Shown one piece after another: positions 46,121 through 54,712 of a stretch of 64,000 bases of DNA. A program made the translations under genes and the position numbers. Origin of the DNA: Calditrichia bacterium (GTDB lineage: Bacteria > Calditrichota > Calditrichia > JAJRVZ01); NCBI GenBank assembly GCA_963777955.1, contig CAVZSQ010000015.1, positions 256,001 through 320,000 of the forward strand, written 5' to 3'. The notes under the pieces were generated by a model, which worked only from the letters and a program-made list of their open reading frames with translations, ran no database searches and was not told where the DNA came from. Positions within the stretch are counted from its first letter, which is position 1, and the number at the start of each line of letters is the position of its first letter.

Positions 46121-46567
46121 CTATTCCAGGCACACCACCAGGAAAGATTTATGCTCATTCCAGTTAATTGGAATAACGAAAGACTGGATGTTGTCAGGCA
46201 GTTTGATGTCTTTGGCTTTCCCTTCCACAACTACAGGTACGGAAATCATAAAATCACTGCCGTAGGCCTGCCGGACGTTTCCGGAAATAGTATTGGCAAT
46301 CTCGCCAACCAGATCTTTAATGTCTTCCCTTTTCACCTCTTTGGCGCCCAGAATGATATGGGCAACTGATTTAAGCATTTCTTCGGTTGTCGTAATATAC
46401 ACGCTTCCTTTACGTTTCCCCGATATACCGATAATACCGGTATATTCAAGTACTACGGGAGATTCATCTTTAATGTAAGGAATACCCGTACTGGCTTTGC
46501 TGTTAGTCACCTCATCAAAATAATTCAAAGTACTATCGATAAAAAAATGAAGATCGGTCTCGTTCAT
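46121..46567 (-). CDS. cheX: CheX-family CheY-P phosphatase
   Basis: YTGIIGISG..KG and DLVGEIANTISGN (E-x2-N) and ISVPVVV motifs. Confidence 0.9.
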   Translation of the reverse strand: MNETDLHFFIDSTLNYFDEVTNSKASTGIPYIKDESPVVLEYTGIIGISGKRKGSVYITTTEEMLKSVAHIILGAKEVKREDIKDLVGEIANTISGNVRQAYGSDFMISVPVVVEGKAKDIKLPDNIQSFVIPINWNEHKSFLVVCLE

Positions 46568-46584
46568 TTCCAGTTCTCCTTGTT

Positions 46585-46959
46585 TTAATTTTGGGCAATA
46601 AGCCGTTCAAACGAGCTTCGCAGTTTCTCGGGTGTGAATGGTTTCGGCAAGAAACTTTTAGCACCTAGTTTAATCGCTTTAAGGCCGGTGGCCTTGTCGG
46701 ACAATGCAGTAATCACCATCACTTTGACGTCTTTCTTGATCTTCAGCATTTCTTCCAGTACGGTTAAGCCGTCTAATTCCGGCATGGTGATATCGAGGGT
46801 CACCACGTCAGGATCGGTTTGCCTGAAAATATCCAGTGCCACCTTCCCATCTTCGGCTTGGCCGACAACCTCGATATTAAAGTTCTTCAGATGTTTGTGG
46901 ATTGCTTCTCTGATGATTAGAGAATCATCTACAATCATCACTTTAACCTTGTCTTTCAT
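46585..46959 (-). CDS. CheY-like single-domain response regulator
   Basis: IVDDS, VVGQAEDG, TLDITMPELDG, ITAL and KPF motifs. Confidence 0.9.
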   Translation of the reverse strand: MKDKVKVMIVDDSLIIREAIHKHLKNFNIEVVGQAEDGKVALDIFRQTDPDVVTLDITMPELDGLTVLEEMLKIKKDVKVMVITALSDKATGLKAIKLGAKSFLPKPFTPEKLRSSFERLIAQN

Positions 46960-46981
46960 ACAACCTCCAGTTTTTATATCA

Positions 46982-47009
46982 TTATCGGATTATATCGAAT
47001 TTATCTTGA
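46982..47009 (-). promoter_or_regulatory. Possible sigma28 promoter for cheY-cheX
   Basis: TCAA-N16-TCCGATAA on the minus strand, 22 bp before the ATG. Confidence 0.45.
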
Positions 47010-47028
47010 ATAATTATGACATAAATTA

Positions 47029-49905
47029 CTATTGATTTCGGTATAAGGGTAAATTTATTTTAAATTCAAAATTCTTTCCCGGGATATTAGTAATTCTGAT
47101 CTGGCCATCGAATTTCTTTATCTTTTCCTTAATTGTATTCATACCGATTCCCTTCTTGGTAACCGGATCAAATTGTTCCGAAGAATAGATTCCCGGTTCA
47201 AAGATCAATTCGCCCAGTTGTGATTCGGTCCAGGAATCGATGGTGGCAGGCTCCCATTTGCCGAGTATTTTTGCCCGCTGAATCAATTTATCGAATTGCA
47301 GACCACAGCCGTCGTCCCGGTAAGAAAATTCGAAGGTATGCTCATTCAGCCGGGACTGAATTTCAATGATTCCACGCTCTGATTTTTTCCGGTTGCGCCG
47401 TTCCTCAGCCGTCTCAATACCATAGCGAATGGAATTGCGGGCCAGTTGCAGCGTAATATCTTTGACCAGGTTCTTATATAGATGGGGAATGGTTGTGCCA
47501 TCGAAATGATCATGGAGCAGGATCACCTGTTTATTCATGGCCGTGCTCATATTCTGAATGAAATTCTTAATGGAATTGAGCATTTTTTCACTCTCATAAC
47601 TGCGTTTGGGCCGGAAGTAACTTTGAATAGTACTCATTTTTTCAATCAGGGAACTGACCTCGCGCAGTGAATATTGAATTTCATTGAGGTGCAGGTTAAT
47701 GCCGATAAAGTCTTTACCCTGGATTTCTTTTTTATCCCGGACCTTGAGAATCAGGTCCTCGGTTTCATCGGCCATATTGGAAAAAAAGGCCAGATCAAGC
47801 AACCCGGAATTCTCTTTAATCGAGCGAACCGACTCGTGTATATTTTCTAAAACCTGGCGGTACACACTTTCATGACCACCCTTGCGCATAACATCGATTA
47901 TGGAGGCCATTTCCATTTGCGCACTGTCGATAAATTCCCGTAACAATTTTGGTTCGACATGCAAAATGCCGATCAACCATTCCAGTCGTTTTTTAGAATG
48001 AGATTCGACTTCGTTTAAACGTTTCTCCAGGCGTACCTGTTCGGTGATATCATCCACCGCTACAAGCACTTCATTAAACTGGCCGCCATCGATAATTCGT
48101 TTAAACTTAAACGACAGGCATTTCATTTCCGCCAATAATTGATTCTGATGGTTAAAATTCATCTCGATGTTGGTCAGCGGATTAAGTTCATTGATACTGA
48201 TCTCATCGACGCCAGGATCAAATATCAATTCTAAAAAACGGGTAACATCATCCAGTCGCTCATCCGAAATTTTATTGCGAAAGAGTTCCAGCAGGTTCTG
48301 CTGGGCTAAATCCCTTCTCTGAAAAATACCTTCCAGGGCCAGTGAGTATTGCGAACTTAATTCGTATTTTGAATTCAACAGAAACAATCCCTCTGCGGCA
48401 TTAGCCAGAATATCGTCGGTTTCGCTTTTCGCTCTCTGCAAACTATTGCGCGATTTGCGCAACTCGGTCTCTATTTCACGCCGTTCCGAAATTTCCTGCT
48501 GGGCTTGCTGGTATAATTTGGCATTTTCAATGGCCGTGGCTATCTGTGTACTCAGCAGGCAGGCATTATCGATATCGCTTTCTTTGAAAGCGTTTACCTG
48601 ATCACTCTGCATGTCCAGCACGCCGATAAGTTTTTTCCCGACGGTGATCGGTACGGCCAGTTCCGAACGGGTACATTCGCTTGCTTTTTTGATAAAATTT
48701 GGATTTTTCAGGACATTGTTGCTCACCTGGACTTTGAAGGATTGTGCGGCGGTCCCGACCATGCCCTCGCCTACCTGCAGGGTCAGATCTTTGGAAAAAT
48801 AGGTACTGTATCCACCGGCCAGCGCTTTTAAGCGCAAGGTCTTCTCATCGTTATCAAGCAGCAGTAACATAACCCCGTAAAAACTAAAAGCGTCACAAAC
48901 CGAGGTGACAATGTCCTTCAACAGGGTATCCAGATCCAGGGATCGGTTTATTTTCTGGCCGATTTCATTAAGCAACGTTGCCTGGCGCGCCCGATGAAGG
49001 GCATCTTCTTCTGCTTTCTTCCGTTTATGCTCCAATTCTTCAATTTTTCTGCTCTCCAGTGCATCAAAATAAAGCGCGGCTGCTCCAAGCAGAGCCATAT
49101 TCTCACGGTCCGATACTTTTATCTCCAGGTTCTGAACCGAACGCTGGAAGACAAAGGAGCGCAGACCCTGATTCAAACTGGTTTTGATCAATTGATAGGC
49201 CCTGGCCAGAGGACCGCCTAAAATAATGATCTCGGGATCAAGGGCACATATAATTGATTTTATAACATCACTGAGATTTAAGCCGAACTGTTTAAAATGT
49301 TCCCGGGCTTTTTTATCCCCTTTTACTGCCAGTTCATAAACCGTTTCGAAAGGTTCCTGCGCTATGTTTTTAAAATATTGATTGCTGCAGTAATATTCAA
49401 AATCATGATCACGATAAGGTATTTTCCCGAATTCACCCACCCCGCAATTGATCCCTGAATATAGTTTATTCTCGATGATGATTCCTGCACCCATCCCCTC
49501 ACCCAGGATCAAGCCTACTACATTTGAATATTTTTTGCCACTGCCAAAATGTTTTTCTCCGGCCGCAAAACAATTGGCATCATTATTTACGTACACCGGT
49601 ACTTTAAAATGTTTATGCAATTTGTCTTTCAGGTGCACTTCTTTCCAGGATGGAATACGGGTCACTTCGTAAACGATCCCTTTTTCCACATCAACAATAC
49701 TCGGTACGCCAATGCCGATACCGGCAACCTGCGCTCCGAAGATTGCCTCGATATGCATGATTAACTCATTGATAATCATGTCCTGGCTGGCTGCTGAAGA
49801 AATTTTATACTGATGAAAAGAATTCAATTCCTGGCCGCTGACCTTCCCCAGGCGCGCATAAATACCGTCTATATCGATGCCAATAATCTGTTTGTCTGTA
49901 TTCAT
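47029..49905 (-). CDS. ROK-GAF-PAS-like-Hpt(His-less)-HATPase CheA-like kinase
   Basis: GIGIGVPS, NNDANC and GEFG (ROK); GEGMVG and RSELAVPI (GAF); IHESVRSIKENSGLL (Hpt-like); RNSIRYGIE, DDGCG and GIGM. No CheW domain. Confidence 0.8.
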   Translation of the reverse strand: MNTDKQIIGIDIDGIYARLGKVSGQELNSFHQYKISSAASQDMIINELIMHIEAIFGAQVAGIGIGVPSIVDVEKGIVYEVTRIPSWKEVHLKDKLHKHFKVPVYVNNDANCFAAGEKHFGSGKKYSNVVGLILGEGMGAGIIIENKLYSGINCGVGEFGKIPYRDHDFEYYCSNQYFKNIAQEPFETVYELAVKGDKKAREHFKQFGLNLSDVIKSIICALDPEIIILGGPLARAYQLIKTSLNQGLRSFVFQRSVQNLEIKVSDRENMALLGAAALYFDALESRKIEELEHKRKKAEEDALHRARQATLLNEIGQKINRSLDLDTLLKDIVTSVCDAFSFYGVMLLLLDNDEKTLRLKALAGGYSTYFSKDLTLQVGEGMVGTAAQSFKVQVSNNVLKNPNFIKKASECTRSELAVPITVGKKLIGVLDMQSDQVNAFKESDIDNACLLSTQIATAIENAKLYQQAQQEISERREIETELRKSRNSLQRAKSETDDILANAAEGLFLLNSKYELSSQYSLALEGIFQRRDLAQQNLLELFRNKISDERLDDVTRFLELIFDPGVDEISINELNPLTNIEMNFNHQNQLLAEMKCLSFKFKRIIDGGQFNEVLVAVDDITEQVRLEKRLNEVESHSKKRLEWLIGILHVEPKLLREFIDSAQMEMASIIDVMRKGGHESVYRQVLENIHESVRSIKENSGLLDLAFFSNMADETEDLILKVRDKKEIQGKDFIGINLHLNEIQYSLREVSSLIEKMSTIQSYFRPKRSYESEKMLNSIKNFIQNMSTAMNKQVILLHDHFDGTTIPHLYKNLVKDITLQLARNSIRYGIETAEERRNRKKSERGIIEIQSRLNEHTFEFSYRDDGCGLQFDKLIQRAKILGKWEPATIDSWTESQLGELIFEPGIYSSEQFDPVTKKGIGMNTIKEKIKKFDGQIRITNIPGKNFEFKINLPLYRNQ

Positions 49906-49941
49906 CCTGACTCCATTACAAAATCTGTCAAATTTGAGTAT

Positions 49942-52900
49942 TTAAGATTCTGCTGCGGCAAACGTTTTTTCTTTCAAAGCTGCTTCTTTGGTCTTTTTGG
50001 TTAACGGAATTTTAATCGAAAATTCACAAAATTTTCCGGTTTTTGTATTTATCTTAATGCTTCCGCCCAGGCGATCAATTTTGTCTTTGACCAGATCCAT
50101 GCCTACGCCCCGCCCTGCGATCAGACCCGCTTTCTCCGAAGTCGATATTCCGGATTTATATATAATTTCAGCAACCTGCTGATTAGTCCAGCCATCAATT
50201 TCTTCGGCTGACCAGTGGCCGGAAGTCCTTGCTTTAGCGCGGAGTTTATCGAGTTGCAGACCGCGTCCATCGTCGCGGAAGGTGAAAGCGAAAGTCTTTT
50301 CATTTAAACTCATTTCGATCTCGATGCGGGCCTGCGGATCTTTTTTAAGTACAGACCGTTCCTCGGGATTTTCAATGCCGTGGTAAATGGCATTACGAAC
50401 CATCTGGATAATTATTTCACGCGTGGTCAGACGATAATGGTATGGTATATTCCCGGCATCAAATTTATCGTAAACCAGTTTTACCTTTTTACCCTGCTCC
50501 TGGGCCAGATTATTGATTAAATTCTCGATCGATTTGATAAATAACTCGCTTTCATAACTGCGTTTAGGCCGGAAATGAGAATGCACATTGCTTACGCGTT
50601 CGATCAGATTGTGCAATTCATCCAGGGTCCGCCGGATGTCCCCCAGACGCAACACCAGCGGCACAAAATCTGCGCCGCTTAATTTTGGTTTCTTTTTAAG
50701 ATCTTCGATGCGGTCTTCAAATTCATGCGCTTTTTCCACGAAAAATTTTAAATCCAGCAGAGAAGCATTGCCTTTGATGATGTGCATCGAACGATATACT
50801 TTTTCCAGGACCGGGATAAAATTGCTAACCTGTTCATCCTGCCGCAGGACTTTATCGATGTAGTCTAATTCCAGATAGGCACTTTCAGAGAATTCCTGCA
50901 AAAGTTTTGGCTCCACATGCAAAATGCTCAACAGCCAGTCCATTTGTTTTTTACTCATCGCCAGTGATTCTTCCAGTTTCCGGGCCAGCACAATCTGGTC
51001 GGAAAGATCGTTGACTGTAACGATCAGCTCGGAGACTTTATTTTCATCGTCGATTACCCGTTTGAATTTAAAGGCTAAATACTTTGATTTCAGCCAGACG
51101 TCTGTCTCATCCCTGAAATTAAATTCGATCTCACTCAGCGGATTGAGATCTTTCAGGGTATCTTCATCAACATCGGTCTTAAACATTAATTCCAGAAATT
51201 CCTGCAAATTGGTGAAGAGCTTTGTGGTCATTCTTTTTTCGACGATGTCCAGGAAATTTTTTCTGGCCGCACGTTTTTCTTCTAAAATTTTTTCAACTGC
51301 CAGCGAGTACTGCGAGCGTAATTTCAATTCAGGATCGATCAGGAAAATGCCCTCTTCCACATTACGCATAATATTATCGGTCTCTCGCTTCGAACGGCTC
51401 AGCAAACGATTTCTTTCTTTCAGTTCCTGGGTTCGCTCGGCAACCTGTGATTCCAGGAATATCCTTTGCCGGTCTACCCGTCTCATACTGAGCCGATAAA
51501 TACTATAGGCCAGGCCCAGGACAAAGAAGGCGGCCAATATTCTAAACCACCATCTTTGCCAGAATGGCGGGGCAATTATAATTTTAATGGACGTTCCGGC
51601 TCTGTTCCAGAGGCCATCACTATTCGTCCCGGCGACTTTAAAGACATATTCGCCGCCATCCAGGTTGGTATAGTTGGCATACCGGCGGTTACCACACTGG
51701 ATCCAATCGCGGTCAAATCCTTCCAGTTTATAGGCATAGATGTTTTTTTCGGGATTACTATAATCCAGGGCGGCAAATTCAAATGCGAAAAAATTCTTGC
51801 GGTAAGATAATTGTAATTCATGTATTTCTGAAATGGTAGAATCTAAACTTACTTCCTTATCAAAAATCTTAAACGAAGTAACGATCAGCGGAGGAACAAA
51901 CTGGTGTTCCTTTACCGCCTTCGGGTAGAAACGATTATAACCATTAATACCGCCAAAGAACAATTCACCTGACTTGCTTTTAAAGCAGGCCCCCGCGTTG
52001 AATTCATTACTCTGCAATCCGTCATTGGCATCAAAGTTCTTAAAAGTCAAAGAATCCGGAGCGAAGCGGGACAACCCGCGATTGGTACTGATCCATAAAT
52101 ACCCATCGTCATCCTCGGCCAATCCATAAATGGTACTGTGGGGTAATCCCTCACTTTCGGTAAAACGGGTAAAAATATTTTCGTCGGGATCAAACCGGTT
52201 TAAACCGCCGCCGAGCGTGCCGATCCACATTATTCCTTTACGATCCTGCAAGATTGCCGAAACACGTTCGTGGCTGAGTGAATTTTGATTATCCGGCTCG
52301 GTCATGTAACGATTAAAAGTTTTACTTACCGGATTGAATTTATTCAATCCTTTATAAGTTCCTATCCAGATAAATCCCTTTTTGTCTTCGTACAAGCATA
52401 AGATACGGTTATCGGTTAAACTGTTTTTATCGGCCGGATCATGGCGGTAATGACGAAAATTATTGCGGTCACTGATAAACTGATCCAATCCGGCCCAGGT
52501 GCCAACCCACATATTGCCCAGGTGATCCTGCAGCATGGCCCGGACACTATTGTCGCTGAGACCGGACAAGTCCTTGGGATTGTATTTGTAAACTTTCACT
52601 GAATTGCGGGCGGGATCATATTGACATAATCCGCCACCATTCGTACCGAACCAGATCATTCCGTATTGATCTTCATCGATCACCCTGATAAAATCATCAC
52701 TCAGTGCGTTCTTCTTGCGGGCCTCTGCGCTGAAGACAGTTAACTTATTGGTCCGTTTATCAAAACGGTTGACTCCCTTGCTGGTGCCCAGCCATAAATT
52801 TTCTCTGCGGTCAACCAGAATCGACCAGACCGTGTTATCGGTTAAACTGTTAGGATCTCCCGGTTCGTTTTTGTAGTGACCGAATCTTCTCTTCTTCCAG

Positions 52901-54015
52901 TCGAAATGATTTAATCCGGCGCCATAGGTGCCAAGCCAAATTGTACCTGATTTGTCGGCGTAGATACAACGCAGCAGGTCGCCGCTCAGGCTGTTATATT
53001 TGGCAGGATCGGAGAGCACCTGCCAGAATTTATTGCTGAGCGGATCCAGTATATTTAGTCCCAAATCAGTCGCCAGCCAGATCAATCCGGTTCGATCACA
53101 GAATATAGAATGGATCATGTTATTGTTCAGGCTGTTCTTGTCGTTTTTCCTGGCCAGGTAAGACTTAAATTTCTTGCGTTGTTTATCCAGTTTATTCAAG
53201 CCATGCTGTGTGCCAATCCACAGATTGTGCTGGGGATCTTCCAGAATGCTCAGAATATCATTGCTGCTCAGCGAATTGGCCTGGCGTGGATCGGCGATGT
53301 ATCGCCTGAACCGGAATTCTCCAGATTTAAGTTTCTGGGCAGAACACAAGCCACCCCCCTGCGTACCGATCCATATCACTCCAGATTTATCCTGATACAA
53401 TACAGTAATTTTCTCCGTGCCGAAACTGAAGGGATCCGATTCATCGTTCCAGAAATGGGTGATTTGCCTGGTTTGGATATTTAATAAATCTAATCCGCCG
53501 CCATCAGTACCGATCCACAGATAAATCGTACTGTCCACCAGCAGGGCTGAAACATAGTCGCTGCTGATCGTGTTTTCATTCTTTGGATCATAACGAAAAC
53601 ATTCAAATTTTTCGGTGAAGCGATTGAATCGATTAAGACCGCCGCCCAGCGTACCGATCCATAGATTTCCGGCAGAATCACCGGTCACTGCATTTATCCA
53701 GTTATCACTGAGCGAAAGACTATCCTGCTGCACATGTTTGAAAATCTTAAAATTGTAACCATCATAACGATTCAGGCCGTCCTGTGTTCCGAACCAAAGG
53801 AATCCCTGCTCGTCCTGATAAACATCTTCCACAGAACTTTGTGATAAACCCTGTTCGATAGAAATTCGTTTAAAATTCAGGTTATAATTTTGTGCAGCCA
53901 GTTCACCGAAAAATCCAGGACTGCTCAAAATTAAAAACAGACACAGATAATTGTGATACGATCTGACTTTAACAATCGCACAACGGATGGTTGATCCCCC
54001 GCTACTGCTAATCAT
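49942..54015 (-). CDS. Membrane sensor CheA-like (class III-type) histidine kinase: propeller/Y_Y_Y-TM-PAS-like-Hpt-HATPase
   Basis: Many WIGT..GL repeats, YTNLDGGEY, PPFWQRWWF TM, RSMHIIKGN Hpt, RNAIYHGIE, DDGRG and GRGVGMDLVK. Ends without a CheW domain. Confidence 0.88.
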   Translation of the reverse strand: MISSSGGSTIRCAIVKVRSYHNYLCLFLILSSPGFFGELAAQNYNLNFKRISIEQGLSQSSVEDVYQDEQGFLWFGTQDGLNRYDGYNFKIFKHVQQDSLSLSDNWINAVTGDSAGNLWIGTLGGGLNRFNRFTEKFECFRYDPKNENTISSDYVSALLVDSTIYLWIGTDGGGLDLLNIQTRQITHFWNDESDPFSFGTEKITVLYQDKSGVIWIGTQGGGLCSAQKLKSGEFRFRRYIADPRQANSLSSNDILSILEDPQHNLWIGTQHGLNKLDKQRKKFKSYLARKNDKNSLNNNMIHSIFCDRTGLIWLATDLGLNILDPLSNKFWQVLSDPAKYNSLSGDLLRCIYADKSGTIWLGTYGAGLNHFDWKKRRFGHYKNEPGDPNSLTDNTVWSILVDRRENLWLGTSKGVNRFDKRTNKLTVFSAEARKKNALSDDFIRVIDEDQYGMIWFGTNGGGLCQYDPARNSVKVYKYNPKDLSGLSDNSVRAMLQDHLGNMWVGTWAGLDQFISDRNNFRHYRHDPADKNSLTDNRILCLYEDKKGFIWIGTYKGLNKFNPVSKTFNRYMTEPDNQNSLSHERVSAILQDRKGIMWIGTLGGGLNRFDPDENIFTRFTESEGLPHSTIYGLAEDDDGYLWISTNRGLSRFAPDSLTFKNFDANDGLQSNEFNAGACFKSKSGELFFGGINGYNRFYPKAVKEHQFVPPLIVTSFKIFDKEVSLDSTISEIHELQLSYRKNFFAFEFAALDYSNPEKNIYAYKLEGFDRDWIQCGNRRYANYTNLDGGEYVFKVAGTNSDGLWNRAGTSIKIIIAPPFWQRWWFRILAAFFVLGLAYSIYRLSMRRVDRQRIFLESQVAERTQELKERNRLLSRSKRETDNIMRNVEEGIFLIDPELKLRSQYSLAVEKILEEKRAARKNFLDIVEKRMTTKLFTNLQEFLELMFKTDVDEDTLKDLNPLSEIEFNFRDETDVWLKSKYLAFKFKRVIDDENKVSELIVTVNDLSDQIVLARKLEESLAMSKKQMDWLLSILHVEPKLLQEFSESAYLELDYIDKVLRQDEQVSNFIPVLEKVYRSMHIIKGNASLLDLKFFVEKAHEFEDRIEDLKKKPKLSGADFVPLVLRLGDIRRTLDELHNLIERVSNVHSHFRPKRSYESELFIKSIENLINNLAQEQGKKVKLVYDKFDAGNIPYHYRLTTREIIIQMVRNAIYHGIENPEERSVLKKDPQARIEIEMSLNEKTFAFTFRDDGRGLQLDKLRAKARTSGHWSAEEIDGWTNQQVAEIIYKSGISTSEKAGLIAGRGVGMDLVKDKIDRLGGSIKINTKTGKFCEFSIKIPLTKKTKEAALKEKTFAAAES

Positions 54016-54130
54016 ATCCTCATCCTGTACTTTTCAGTTATAAACATTTTCATTGATAATTCGCAAAACTCACATTGCAGGACATATTTCTATCATAAAT
54101 ACTTACTTAAGTCCTAAATGTTTAAATTCA

Positions 54131-54157
54131 TTATCGTCAAAAAACAGAGTTACTTTA
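54131..54157 (-). promoter_or_regulatory. Sigma28 (FliA)-like promoter
   Basis: TAAA-N15-GACGATAA on the minus strand versus consensus TAAA-N15-GCCGATAA. Confidence 0.65.
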
Positions 54158-54228
54158 TTGAGTACGGTAAAGGAAGAGTAATAAGTATGAGCTGAGGTTA
54201 AAAACGGATTATATTTTACTTAGCACAC

Positions 54229-54246
54229 CCGGCAGACTATTGCCGG
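54229..54246 (-). terminator. Short GC hairpin just after the cheY stop
   Basis: CCGGCA-GACTAT-TGCCGG; no clear U-tract. Confidence 0.35.
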
Positions 54247-54247
54247 A

Positions 54248-54622
54248 TCATTTTGCAATAAGGCGTTCGAAGGCATCTTTTAATTTTTGCGGGCCAAATG
54301 GCTTGGTAATGTAACTTTTTGCGCCCAGACGGAGTGCTTTGAGACCGGTGGCTTTATCGGCTAAGGCAGTAATAACAACAACCTGTACATCCTTATCCAG
54401 CCGGATCATTTCATCCAGGACATCAAAGCCATCGAGTCCCGGCATGGTTATATCGAGAGTAACTATCTCCGGACTATGCTTTTTAAACATCTCCAGAGCC
54501 GAGTTACCATCGGTGGCGGTTCCGATGATCTTAACGTTATAATTCTCCAGGAATTTAGAGATCGCTTTGCGAACCACCAACGAATCGTCAACGATGAGTA
54601 ATTTTTTTTGATTTTTATCCAT
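54248..54622 (-). CDS. CheY-like single-domain response regulator (paralogue of 46585..46959)
   Basis: IVDDS, TLDITMPGLDG, ITALADKATGLKALRLGAKS and KPF motifs. Confidence 0.9.
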   Translation of the reverse strand: MDKNQKKLLIVDDSLVVRKAISKFLENYNVKIIGTATDGNSALEMFKKHSPEIVTLDITMPGLDGFDVLDEMIRLDKDVQVVVITALADKATGLKALRLGAKSYITKPFGPQKLKDAFERLIAK

Positions 54623-54712
54623 AAGGTTAATATATCACCATAAGTAGGTTTGTTTGCCAAATATATATTATATAAATGAAAGTTTCAAGCATCTACAGCG
54701 GTTATCAACTTT

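Noticed and set aside
52000..53900. Repeated DNA motifs in the large sensor kinase gene
   Set aside because: Explained by the beta-propeller (Reg_prop) protein repeats.
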